A stretch of 59,914 nucleotides of DNA from Leucoraja erinacea (GCF_028641065.1 NW_026576313.1:62001-121914); one strand, 5' to 3'; positions 1 through 11,912 are shown, counted from the first letter of the stretch. The notes: generated from the letters alone by a model not told the origin. Made by a program: numbers and translations.

Positions 1-189
1 ATCTCTGATGATCACTATAAATGGAAACACCCTATGAAACCAGTTTAATCAGCCATCTTTCATATTGAACAGGCCACGCCTGTCATCATTTCGTGTCTGC
101 CCTGAACGGCAACTCTGGCCCGGTTACCGATAAGTCTCACATGTCCCAAGCCAACTCTTGCCATAATTCTGACCCTGCCTTGAAATAGA

Positions 190-1100
190 TTAATTAAGCA
201 GCCCTATTACAAGGCGCTGCTGGCGCGGCCTCTCCCATAGGCCGACACTGCCATAGACTCGGCATCCCCATTAAGCAGCCGTGTTACAAGGCGCTGCTGG
301 CGCGGGCTCTTCCATATGCCCAGCACTGCCATACGCTCGGCATCCCCTTTAAACAGCCCTGTCCAAGGCGCAGCTGGCGCGGGCTTTCCCATAGTCACGC
401 GCTGCCACAACTCTTGCTGTTGGAGTGTATCTAGATGGAGCCTCCTCTCCATTAGGGGCTCCATCCTGGCCAACCTCACAAATGTTCTCATTACCGGAAG
501 GGAACCCTCCCGGCACCAGGGCTGGCCATTTTGGTCGGTTTACCCCATTTCTTGGGAACCTCTGCGGTCTAGGCACCGCATTGCTGCTGGATTTCCCTTC
601 CCCGGGAATCCAAACGTCCGTATGTATTACCGGAAGGGAGAAAAACCCTACCGGCACCAGGGCTGACCGTTGCGGTCCATTTAACCCCTATCCTGGGGTC
701 CCCTGCGACCCTAGAGCTGCATTACTGCTGGATTTCCCCTTCCCGGGAACCCCAGCATCTACACCTATATTGGGTGTAAAACTCTCCCGATACCCGGTCT
801 GCTGGCTGTCCCCTCCCCGGGAACACCAGCATCTATATTCATATTGGAGGGAAACCCTCCCGGCACCCGGTGTGCTGGCTGTCCCCTCCCCGGGAACCCC
901 AGCATCTATATTCATATTGGGGGTAAAACCCTCCCGATACCCGGTGTGCTGGAGGTCCCCTCCCCGGGAACCCCAGCATCTATATTCATATTGGGGGTAA
1001 ACCCTTCCCGATACCCGGTCTGCTGGCTGTGCCCTCCCCGGGAACCCCAGCGTCTACATGCATATCGGACGGAAACCTTCCCGGCATCCGGAGCGCCTGA
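190..1100 (+). pseudogene. Probable decayed C2H2 zinc-finger array, now GC-rich tandem repeats of ~77-78 bp (194-410) and ~74 bp (740-1090)
   Basis: Repeat units translate to linker/finger-like strings: HIGGKPSRHPVCWL, GEKPYRHQG*, KPSRYPVCWR, MHIGRKPSRHPER (cf. HTGEKPYxCxxCGK) and CWRGLSHRPTL / SWRGLSHSHAL (cf. CGRGFSxxxxL). Periods are not 84 bp and the frames shift. Confidence 0.45.
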
Positions 1101-1399
1101 AAGTCACTGGCCACATTGTCAACGACCGACCTCGCGAAACCCGACATTCCCCAGCTATCCACTTCCGCGGCGAGAACCGGGGTTACCCCTCAGCCCATAG
1201 CTGGTTCCCCCGTCGGTCCTCGCGAATCATCCGGCAGGAAACCTCTGGAACAAAGAAACAAACCAGGTAAGAAATGCAAACTTACAGCAAAGACTGCAGA
1301 ATATATTTCTCGGCATTGTAATGCACCAGTGCCAGAGACAAAGTCCAGTGTGTACAATGGGGATGAGGTGAACCCTAGCATAAGGGAGGACTGTTCAGA

Positions 1400-1770
1400 A
1401 ACCTGATAGCATATGGGAGCAAACAGTTACTGAGTCTGGTGGTACACGTTTTGAAGCGTACGTACCTTCTGCTGGATGGAAGCAGGAAGAAGAAGGAATG
1501 ACCTGAGCGGGACGAATCTTTGATTATGTTGCCTGCTTTCCTGAACCTGTTGAAACACAGATGGAGTCAATGGTGGGGAATCATGTTTGTGTGATCGATT
1601 GTGCTACATCTCCACCTCTCTGCAATTTCTAGCGGTCTTGGGCAGAACTCTTTCCAAACGAAGTTGTGATGCAACCTGTCAGTATGCGTTCTATGGTACA
1701 TTTGTACAAGTTTGTAAGGGACATTGGAGACATGCCGCATTTTCTCAGTCTCCTGAGGCAGTTGAGGAAC
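1400..1770 (-). mobile_element. Degenerate Rex1/Babar-type LINE 3' fragment
   Basis: Minus-strand LRRLRKCGMSPMSLTNLYKCTIERILTGCIT resembles the RT C-terminal region of the Rex1 copy at 47260-47560 (FLRR..NFYRCTIESILTNCIT). Confidence 0.75.
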
Positions 1771-2549
1771 CAGAAGCTCTCAACCTTTTTCCACGTCAGC
1801 ACCATTGAGCAAATATAAATAGTATATTTATGGGTTAAGCATTTGATATTCAACACCAGTAATACGTGGATGGATTGGATAATCTGATTTTTGGGCTGGC
1901 TTGAGGGAGAACCCATTAGTTTATTTATAGCCTGATCACCTTGAAATGAGACCCTGATTTAAGCTGGTTGATGGAGACCATGATGTATTCCCTCAGTAAT
2001 AATATTCTGTTAATGCAGCATTCCCTCAATATTGGCAACAATCCTCGGAGAGTGTAGCAATCCCACACGGTGCAACAGCCTTGATGTATTTCCCATCTGC
2101 ATTGCCTTAACCTTCAGACTGACCCGTTGGCTCTGTAGCATTGCCCGTCTGACAATGCACTCCTTCCTCTGTTCGTCATGTACGACACTGCAGACGTCAG
2201 AGTTCTACCCTTCTGATACAGCTTTAATGTTACATCCGCAACTGCAAAGTGTCCTCAAAGCTTCCCCCCTCAACACTTGAGGTTAGTCCATGCCCTCAGT
2301 ATATTGACCATGGGCCATAGAGTATTTGAGTCACACATCATGGAAACTGGCCCTTCTGCTCATTGAATCCACACTGGTCATCAAATGTGCCAAGATGGAG
2401 TCACAGCAAACTGCATTTGCTGCCAATCTGAATTAAAAACAAACAGGACTCATCGGGTCAGACAGCATTATGTGGAAAAATGGACAGAAAACATATGAAA
2501 TCTGGACCATTTGGAGTAGGGTGGAGAAAGCTGGAAAAGAAAAGTAGTC

Positions 2550-2643
2550 TGTGTAGGATAGTGTTAATGTGCGGAGATCACTGGTCGATGCGGACTCGGT
2601 GGGCCGAAGGGCCTCTTTCCGCACTGCATCTCTAAACTAAACC
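2550..2643 (+). mobile_element. 3' half of HE1-like SINE
   Basis: GGACTCGGTGGGCCGAAGGGCCT...CATCTCTAAACTAAAC tail, same as the full copy at 11913-12195. Confidence 0.7.
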
Positions 2644-2773
2644 TGCTCCTGCGCTGTTCAGCTCTATGTTGTGTTCTGTTATGCCTGTTTGTACCATGCT
2701 GAGAACTGATTTGTTAATTGCCTCTCCCCTCCACCTCCCTCCCTCCAACCCAAATCCTCCACCCTTACCTCAG

Positions 2774-3064
2774 CCCCCGCTCTTTTCTTTGTCCAGGATT
2801 TCTGCGGCTGTGAAGTGGACAGTGACAATTCCACTGATGGGTTTGTCAGACTGGGTTATGATGGGGAGGATGCCTGTGCTTTCGACAAGGACATAATGCG
2901 CTGGATTGCACTATGGCCAGATTTCCAGGTGCTAGTAGATCGGTGGAATGTCAACACCGTCATAAACAAGTATTTCAAAGATCTCCTGGAGAAGGACTGA
3001 GTGAAGTGGCTGCTGATATATCTGGAGTGTGGACAAGAAGCACCACATAGGAGCGGCACAGGAC
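2774..3064 (+). pseudogene. MHC class I-like alpha2 domain exon (nonclassical-looking), inactivated
   Basis: Acceptor ttacctcag at 2773, phase 1. Translation xPALFFVQDFCGCEVDSDNSTDGFVRLGYDGEDACAFDKDIMRWIALWPDFQVLVDRWNVNTVINKYFKDLLEKD*VKWLLIYLECGQE matches alpha2 motifs QxxxGCE, GYDGED, W147 and WLxxYL. TGA at 2998-3000 occupies the second disulfide Cys position. Donor ambiguous (GC at 3056 or GT at 3065). Confidence 0.85.
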
Positions 3065-3152
3065 GTAATCATTCTGACTGTTGGGCCCGGGGATATCCTC
3101 TAGATCGATCAGGTGGGAAATCCCGCACTTCAGGCTGTCACTTGAGCAATTG

Positions 3153-4215
3153 TTTAGTTTAGTTTATAGATACAGTTCGGAAACCGGCCCTTTGGACCAC
3201 CGAGACCGCATCGACCAGCGGTGCCCGTACACTAACGCTATCCTACACACACTGGGAACAGTTTGCATTTATACCAACCCAAATAACCTACAAATGTGTA
3301 CGTCTTTCGAGTGTGAGGACACACTCACACTTGGGAAAGGGGGAGATGCAGCGAGACCTGGGTGTCATGGTACACCAGTCATTGAAGGTAGGCATGCAGG
3401 TGCAGCAGGCAGTAAAGAAAGCGAATGGCATGTTGGCTTTCATAGCAAGAGGATTTGAGTATAGGAGCAGGGAGGTTCTACTGCAGTTGTATAGGGTCTT
3501 GGTGAGACCACACCTGGAGTATTGCGTGCAGTTTTGGTCTCCAAATCTGAGGAAGGACATTATTGCCATAGAGGGAGTGCAGAGAAGGTTCACCAGACTG
3601 ATTCCTGGGATGTCAGGACTGTCTTATGAAGAAAGACTGGATAGACTTGGTTTATACTCTCTAGAGTTTAGGAGATTGAGAGGGGATCTTATAAAAACTT
3701 ACAAAATTCTTAAGGGGTTGGACAGGCTAGATGCAGGAAGATTGTTTCCGATGTTGGGGAAGTCCAGGACAAGGGGTCACAGCTTAAGGATAAGGGGGAC
3801 ATCCTTTAAAACAGAGATGAGGAGAACTTTTTTCACACAGAGAGTGGTGAATCTCTGGAACTCTCTGCCACAGAGGGTAGTTGAGGCCAGTTCATTGGCT
3901 ATATTTAAGAGGGAGTTAGATGTGGCCCTTGTGGCCAAGGGGATCAGAGGGTATGGAGAAAAGGCAGGTACGGGATACTGAGTTGGATGATCAGCCATGA
4001 TCATATTAAATGGCGGTGCAGGCTCGAAGGGCCGAATGGCCTACTCCTGCACCTAATTTCTATGTTTCTATGTTTCTATGTGAGGGGAAACCGAAGATCT
4101 CGGATAACACCCACGCAGATCACAGGGTGAACGTACAAATTCTGTAAAGACAAGCACCCGTAGTTAGTAACAAACCCAGGTCTCTGGCGCTGTAAGGCAG
4201 TAGCTCGGCCACTTC
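3153..4215 (-). mobile_element. HE1-like V-SINE split by a CR1 insertion
   Basis: SINE tail and 3' part at 3153-3318; SINE core and tRNA-like head resume at 4079-4215. TGTGAGG is duplicated on both sides of the CR1. Confidence 0.8.
3331..4080 (+). mobile_element. 5'-truncated CR1/HER1-type LINE (family A, (TTTCTATG)n tail)
   Basis: Open ORF2 C-terminus (RDLGV..VRPHLEYCVQFWSP..RRLRGDLI..TRGH..FFTQRVVNLWNSLP), 3' UTR GAAGGGCCGAATGGCCTACTCCTGC, 8-nt tail repeats. Confidence 0.95.
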
Positions 4216-5005
4216 TCCACCCTGTTCTTGGACGAGGGTATCAGTAAATTGTCTGGCAACGTGCCTTTTAGATGGAGCCAGTGGGTAGGAAGTGCAAGTG
4301 AAATATAAATATAAATATTGCACCAGTGTCCTCTATCCACGGGCATATAGATATTCAGGAAATGGAGAGATATGTATCTTGTTCTTATGTTTAGCACTGA
4401 CCTTGTGCCTGAAGGGTCTGTTGCTGTGCTGATTAGAAACCCAATCAGATTCTCTATTTGCCTCTATAACAGCTTAGGATGGTTACATCCTATTTCCAAC
4501 TGTTCTCTGGTTGAAGAACATCTTCGTCCCATTCCCTCTTGGAATATTTAGTGTTATTATTCAGCAGAGATTCATGAACAAATAGAAGCAATCAAATCTA
4601 CAGTATCAATCCCAGTGGTGAGTTATACTCCTCCATAGGACCCTGCATTCCACTTCCATCTGTGTTGTCAGATAAAGTGGAGCTAAGATAAAGAACATGT
4701 CAGTTGTATTAAACTAAATGTTTTGTTGTTTTGCCAGAAAAGATAGAACAGATGATGATGGTTTACACCGAAGATACACACAACATATTGGAGTAATTCG
4801 GTGGGTCAGGTAGCACCTCTGGGCATTCCGTCGCTACAGAGATTCTGCCTCATCTGCTGAGTTACTGCATCATTTTGTGTCTGGGCTGAAAATTTGTTCA
4901 GCTAGAGAAAAATTCTGATTGGGAAAGAAGTAAGTTGGAATGATCTTATAATTGAAGGCTTTTTCTTCGTGTCTTCACTGATTCTGACGCTTCTTACACT
5001 TGCAG

Positions 5006-5289
5006 AAAACCCTGAGGTATGTATTGTGATTAAACGTGATGGGTCGCAATCACTGAGACTCTCCTGCCTTGTCACAGGCTTCTACCCACAGGCCATCGAT
5101 GTAATGTGGCTGAGAGATGGTGAAGGGATCCACGAGTCTGAATCCAGTGATTTGTTACCCAATTGGGATGGGACTTACCAGCTGAAGAATACAATTGAAA
5201 TGAGTAGAGAAGATGTGGCAAAATCCCCCTGTTACATCGAACATACAACTCTGCAGGGAGTCAATGTTCCACAAGTGGCACTTCAATGA
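5006..5289 (+). pseudogene. MHC class I-like alpha3 (C1-set Ig) exon
   Basis: Acceptor cacttgcag at 5005, phase 1 (compatible with the alpha2 exon). ENPEV..LSCLVTGFYPQAIDVMWLRDG..LLPNWDGTYQL..CYIEHTTL carries the CxxxGFYP, W, PNxDGTYQ and CxxxH motifs. No clear donor or TM exon found. Confidence 0.88.
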
Positions 5290-5430
5290 GTCTGATCACT
5301 TGAAACCATAAACCTCCTGGACTGAGATCTCCAGCGCAGTAAGGCAGCAGCTCCAGCGCTACGCCACAGTGCCACCCATTATTAATTTGTGGTTATCTTA
5401 TTGCCCAGAAATATTGATATTCAATGGGAT

Positions 5431-5722
5431 GTAGTTTTAGTTTCAAGATACAATGCAGAATCAGGTCCTTTGGCCCACCAAGTCCGCGTCAACCAGCGAT
5501 CCGTGCACATTTACATTATCCTACATATTAGGGACAATTTACAATTTTACCGAAACCAATTAACCTAGAAACCTGTGCGTCTTTGGAATGTGGGGGAGAA
5601 AAAAGCACCCGGAAAAACTCACGCCATCATGGGGAGAAGGTACAAACTCCGTACAGACAGCACCCGTAGTCAGGATTGAACCCAGGGTTCTGGCGCTGTG
5701 ATGCAGCAAATCTGTCGCTGTG
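5431..5722 (-). mobile_element. HE1-like tRNA-derived V-SINE
   Basis: Reverse complement has a B box (GGTTCAATCC), the GTACGGAGTTTGTAC core and a LINE-like tail. Confidence 0.8.
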
Positions 5723-5759
5723 CGGATACAGGTGCAAACAATTATGACGGGCGTAAATG

Positions 5760-7590
5760 TAGTAAATACTGGAAACGATCTACGGAGGGGTTTTGCAGAG
5801 CAAGTCCATAGCTCCATGTAGGTGTCAACACAGGCAGATATAGTGATTAATAAGGTGTATAGTGTGCATGCCTTCATCGGTGGAGACATTGAACATAAGA
5901 GTCAAGTTGTCGCTTTATAGAACTGTGGTCAGGCGGCATTTGGACTACTTCATGTAGTTCTGGTCGCTCCATTACAGGCTGGATTTAAAGGCTCAGGAGA
6001 CTGGTGCAGCAGTGGTTCAGAGGAGAATACCTGAATTCGGGAGTAGGAGAGGTTTGACAAACATGGACTGATTTCTCTGAAGCATCAAAGGTTAAAGGGA
6101 AAACGTATAGAAGTACAGAAAAATAAGAGAGAACTAGATAGGGTCGACAGTTAGGTTTTGTTTCCCCGCAGGGTGGAAATGTCAAAGATTAAAGGGCACA
6201 GCTTTAAGGTCAGACGGAGCTATTTTAAAGGAAGTGTGCATGGCAACATTTTGTTTGCACAGAAAGCGGCGAGTGCCTGGAACGTGTTGACGGAGATGGT
6301 GGTGTGGAGAGATAGTGCTGTTTAAGAATGTGTTGATAGACGGAGGGATATGTTGGGATATGGAAGAATATGGAGGAATATGGATGGATAGGGAGGGAAA
6401 ATAACCACATAGGGTCTGAGGATATTACTTTAACGTGGCATCATGTTCGACACAGACATTGCTGGCACAGGTGCCCGTCCTTGTACTATATTCGATACTT
6501 TCAAACATGCCAGTTGTATCTAAGACTAGATTATATGGGTTTAGGGCAAGATAGGTGGTTTAAAGGAGATCTGAAGAACAATTAATGCCACAGAGGCTGA
6601 TTGTAATCTGGAACATATTGGCTGTCCGGATTGTGGAGGCAGAAATTCTCACAATGTTTAAGAACTATCTGGACAATCAATTCAAGCCATAGTCTATAGA
6701 AGATTACTCGCCAAGTGCTGGTGAATGGGATCAATGTAGATGGGTATTTGATTTGACTGCAAAGAGAAGGTGGACCGAAGGGTCTGTTTCTGTCTCCATG
6801 GCTCTATAACTGCGTGACTGACTCCATTTCAGTGCGGGCGATCCACTTTAGCCAGAACCCGTGAAACACCGACTGAACTCAATTGGGTCGTTTAATTAAT
6901 GAATATCGAAGATCGGCTTCCATTTAGATTTCCTCCGAATAGTGTTCCGCATTTAAAGTTAGCGGATCAAAATCTGCTAGTACTATGCATAAACATAATC
7001 GAACCAAACTCCAGTACTATAGAGAACACGAACGGAAAGGGTGTGACAATTTATTTCAAGAGTGCCAGGGATGTAATGCTGAGGCTCTTCAGGCGCAGAT
7101 AAGGCTGCATTTGGAATATTGTGAGCAATTCTGAGCTCCCTATCGGAGCTCTGGATTGCGTCCAGGAGGCGTTGATAAAAGTGGACCAGCACTCGCTTGG
7201 GTTTAGAGGAAGGAAGGGGGGGGGGGGGCTTATTGAAACATACATAATAGTGAGTGGATGTGTAGATGATGTTTCCACTGGTGGTATCGACGAAGGCGAG
7301 AGTACGAATTAAATGACGTTTGTTTTGTAAGGTGATTAGGGGGGATTTCTTTAGTCAGATGGTGGTGAATCTGTGCTACAGAAGGCTGTGGAGGCCGTTA
7401 TTTGATATATTTAAGGCAGAGATGGATATATTCTTGATTAGTACGGGTGTCAGATGTTATGGGAAGAAGGCAGGAGAATGAGTGATAAATAGATCAGCCA
7501 TGATTGAGTGGCTGAGCAGACTTTACGGACCGAATGACCTATATAACCATATAACCATAATTCTGACCTACTTCTGCTCCTATCACTTAT
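5760..7590 (+). mobile_element. Several old, degenerate CR1 3' fragments
   Basis: Eroded ORF2 C-terminal and 3' UTR motifs (GGGCACAGCTTTAAGGT, GGTGGTGAATCTGT, GGACCGAATGACCTA); no ORF. Confidence 0.6.
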
Positions 7591-8009
7591 GATCGTATGA
7601 TCTTACGATTTTAAGAAGAAAGAGGCAATCTCGATGCACGAAAGAGAAAGGTTGCTAATATCCCTGATTCTGCGGATCTATAGCGATACAATATGTTAGA
7701 ACTTTATTCCTGCCCGGAGGTAAATTGGTGTGCCAACAATCATAATATCCAACAAGCAACACGAAAACTTGAAATCAAAATTGAATTAAAAGTGAAAAGT
7801 AAAAAAAAGACAATATACATGTCCGTAGGTTCCTGCACAGTCCTCGCATTTGTCTGCAAAAGTAGATCCGCAAATCCAGGACTATTTTTTCCATAACAAC
7901 TGGAGAATCCTGGCATATTAAGAAATGCGTGTTTCTACTTAAAATGTTATCAATTGCTTCATTTCGTCGGAAAATATTGCGCAGTAACTTAATTAGTCCT
8001 AATTGGCAT

Positions 8010-8100
8010 CTGGCCAATTTCGCCAGTTTAAAAGACTGTCACTAGTCCCAATCATTTTACCCTGCTAATGAGTGACTAGATTTCTCCCGAGTATAAACGG
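8010..8100 (+). promoter_or_regulatory. Candidate core promoter of the GPR139-like gene
   Basis: CCAAT motifs near 8014 and 8049 and TATAAA at 8092, 34 bp upstream of the ATG at 8126. Confidence 0.4.
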
Positions 8101-8482
8101 TGACAGCATTGACTGGAAAGCTAGTATGAAACAGCCGGTAATAATTCAGGTAGAAAACATTTACTATCCGATCCTTGCCATCATCGGCATTCCTGGTAAG
8201 CCGCTTATTATCACCTGTTAATCCTTTCGTTGTGTAGTTCTGTGTTGTTAAGTGGAAGTTGTTATTATGGTATATGGACACATCGATCTGTATTGTAGTA
8301 AATACCTACTATGGTATGTGTGCTGAAGAAACGCAACAATGTCATTGTCCTAACAGGGACACATGACAATAAACTCACTTGAACTTGAACTTGAAGTGTA
8401 TACTTAATTGTCTGTTTGATTTAGTATTGGCAGTCAAATACTGATCGACATGTAACGAGCGAAAATGGCGTACCTACTGTTT

Positions 8483-8765
8483 CTTTTAGATGTACAGCGT
8501 GGAAATAGGCCCTCAGACCCACTGAGTACGCGCCGACAAACTATCACCGTACGCGCATTCTGTCATACATATCAGGGATAATTTACAGAAGCCAATTTAC
8601 CTACCAACCCGCAGGCCTTTGGAATGTGGGAAGAAACCGGAGAACTAGAAAGAAACCCATAGCCACAGGGAGAAGGACTAACCTCCTCGCTGAGAGCACC
8701 CAAGTTCATGATTGAACCCGAGTGTCCGGCGCCGCGAGACCGCATCTCTGCCAACTGCACTACCC
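8483..8765 (-). mobile_element. HE1-like SINE (intronic)
   Basis: CTTTGGAATGTGGGAAGAAACCGGAG core and ATTGAACCC B-box complement. Confidence 0.7.
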
Positions 8766-9639
8766 TACTCTAGAAACCAGTACGACTAACAATTTAAACC
8801 TCCCATAATAACTTCGTGATCCCCAAATGCGTCTCCAATGCGAAGTAACGACAGGCGGCAAAGCAGGAAATCTGATAGAAACCTAATGTTCCAATAGCTC
8901 GTTCCTAATTCCGCCTTACATTCATCGTGGGAAACACTGATTAGAGGGCACATATTTAGAATGAGAGGGACAAAGTCTGATAAAATATCATTAGTTTGAA
9001 GAAGTGTCCGGACCTGAAACATCGTCTCTCAATTTCCCTCCGTATGAGATGCCTGCCTGTTGTCCATCTACCATTTTGTACTTCGCTCTGTAGTCCCGTA
9101 CTTCGATCTGCAGTCTTTCGTGTCTCCTAGAATAATTATGCTCCCGGGTTTGTTCAGGATTGAACAGCAGATGCCGGCTTCCACCGGTGAAAGGGAAAAA
9201 TGCTGGAACAACAGGTTCAGGGGCAGCATCCATGGATGGAAGGAATGCATGACACTTCTGATCGAACCCATTCCTCAGGCTTGAGCCGAGACATCACCGA
9301 TTCCTTCTATCCAGGGATGCTGCGTGTCCCGCTGAATTGCTCCAGCGTTCTGGGTCTGTCCCAGGTCTGTTCACAAAGCTCTTCCAATAAGTGAACGGGC
9401 GGAACACTTGGTAAGTCACGGAATCTGCAGACAGAACCAATTCAGCGGGGAGCGACAATCTCCGTGAATTAGACGTAGTTAGCCGGATATGTTTTTAGCG
9501 GTTCGGCGGGAGATTTTTGGCAATAATGAAATAGAATGACTACACCATTTCACGTTCCACCGCAGCCTTCTAGAACTCCATGAATGTCCAATTCCGCCAA
9601 TATTATCCCATTGACTCGATTGGAATAGACCAACAGCAA

Positions 9640-9850
9640 AAATCTGTAGCCTCCCTATGATCTGGTATTTTGTTGGTTCACATGCTTGATCAATGGTGTT
9701 TTATCATTAATGTTTTATTATTATTAATGTTTAGTGTTTTCGGAGTCATTCGAAACTGTCACTGTACGTCATGTAGTTACTTGTGGGCGGAGCACCAAGG
9801 GAAATTCCTTGTATGTGAATAACTTGGCCAATAAACTTACTTACTTACTC
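9640..9850 (+). mobile_element. LINE 3' UTR/tail (Rex1/RTE-like), (CTTA)n end
   Basis: AAATTCCTTGTATGTGAATAACTTGGCCAATAAAC followed by TTAC repeats. Confidence 0.55.
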
Positions 9851-9919
9851 TTCGGAAAAACGCATGATTGGAGACCTCCCATTTCAGCCTAAAACACGCG
9901 CTCCAATTTACCGAGACAT

Positions 9920-10215
9920 GTTTAGACATAAGCACGAAAACAGGCCGTTTGGCCCACCGAGTCCGCGCCGACCAGTGATCCCACCGTACACAAGTGCTAT
10001 CGTACCCAACTAGGGACATATTGCAATCTTTACCGAAGCCAAATTAACTTGCAAATCGCATGTCTTTGGAGTGTGGGAGGAGACCGGAGCTCCCGCATAA
10101 AACTCACGCAAGTCACGGGGAGAAAGTACAAACTCCATACAGGCAGAACCGGTTGTCAGCATATAACCCGGTTCCTTGGCGCTGTAAGGCAGGAACTCTA
10201 CAGCTCTGCCGCCGT
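9920..10215 (-). mobile_element. HE1-like SINE (intronic)
   Basis: GGCCCACCGAGTCCGCGCCGACCAG and TCTTTGGAGTGTGGGAGG..GTACAAACTCC, as in the other copies. Confidence 0.8.
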
Positions 10216-11912
10216 AATTAGATTTCGGGCATCTTGAAATACACCAGTGACAAGGTTAGGATTATTCATGGATGGCAAAGCATATTTCCGCAGACACCTC
10301 GATATTTCATTATGGATGGATTATCATCAAATGTGAAAACGTACTTGAATAGTAATGGATTATATAGGATGAATATGCAGTTCATTTTCCATGTTATGTA
10401 AATGCAAAAAACAGAAGACATCGCTTTAAGGTGAGAGGGGAATGATATAATAAGAATCTAAGTGGATTTTTTTTCACATAGGATCGTATGATCTGCCAGA
10501 GGAGGTTGGTGAGGGAGGTACAATAACAACATTTAAAATACATTTGGACAGGTACATGGATAAGAAATGAATAGACGGACATAGGTCAAACACAGGTAAG
10601 TGGGACTAGCTCACATGGAGTACCTTGGTTGGCATAGACGAGTGAGGCCGATGGGCTAGTTTCGTTGTCGCGATTCATGTAGTCGGCGACGTGAACCTAG
10701 CAATATATTGTTGTTGTTTTTTTTAATCAGAATCACTGGTTCGTCATAACTCCCTGACATTTGACCCGGAGCACATTTTAACTGCATTTTATCTAAAAAG
10801 CGAGTTTGCCTCTGGAGTGACAGAATGGTTATACCGCAAGGCGCGGTGTTGGAGAGTGGTTACCAAAGGTCGCCTTTCTTGCCGCTCCACATTCCGCCCT
10901 GGTCCATGACATAAGAATCACAATGCACTATATGCTACATACCTGATTAGATTGTAAAACAGAGTCAGGGGTAGGGGAACGAGAGATGTAGACGGTATTT
11001 AAGACAAATGTATGGAAGATTTGCGGGAAACAACGATAATGAAGGGAAGAGGCTCAGAAAAACTATACGTGCCTTTAGAAGCAAGGAGCGGAGGAATACC
11101 TTTAGTCAGGGGGTGGTGAATCTGTGGAACTCATTGCCACCGTCGGATCTGCAGGCCAAGACTATTGATATTTATTTTAAGGCGGAGATTTACAGGTTAA
11201 TGATTAATACGTGTATTCGGGATTATGGGCCGAAAGCAGGAGAATTGGGTTGAATGAGCTTGAGCTCTTATGGCCAGCGCAATCAAGGAATATGGGGAGA
11301 AGGCAGGAATGGATTACTCATTTTGGACGATCAGCCAGAATCACATTGAATGGCGGTGCTGGCTCGAAGGGCCAAATGGCCTACTCCTGCACTTATTTTC
11401 TATGTTTCCATGAGAGAGAAATATAGATCCGCCGTGATTCATTGGCGCAGTAGATTGAATGGGTCGATGACCGGATTCTGATCCAAGAAGGTATGAACAG
11501 CATAGAGGACTGCAGGTGAAGTGTAAGGCCAGTGAGAGGGACATAGGTGGTGTGAGAGGCGATCGTAGTTGGAAAGAGGGGCGGGATAGTGGGCGAATTG
11601 AATGATAAATGGATGGGCTCGTGGTTGTACAGACACAGAGAGAGAGGGGGGGATGGGGGATATTACTTAAAATGCACTGATCAATGTTCATACCGATCGG
11701 TTATACGTTATCTGTTGGATCGTATGGCAAATCGATATTTGGTCGAAATGGAATCTGAAAACCCAGTCATGCGGTTCATGTAGTCGGCGACGTGAACCTA
11801 CCAATATATTGCTTTTATCAGAATCACTGGCATATCGAAGCGACGAGGGATCGAAGTAGGATTGAAAGCCAAAAATCTTCACATTTTCGCAAAAACTGTC
11901 AGATTAACTTTA

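Noticed and set aside
2998-3000. Selenocysteine recoding of the TGA at the conserved Cys
   Set aside because: No SECIS identified, other signs of decay (doubtful donor, no intact alpha1 or TM exon); a simple nonsense change suffices.
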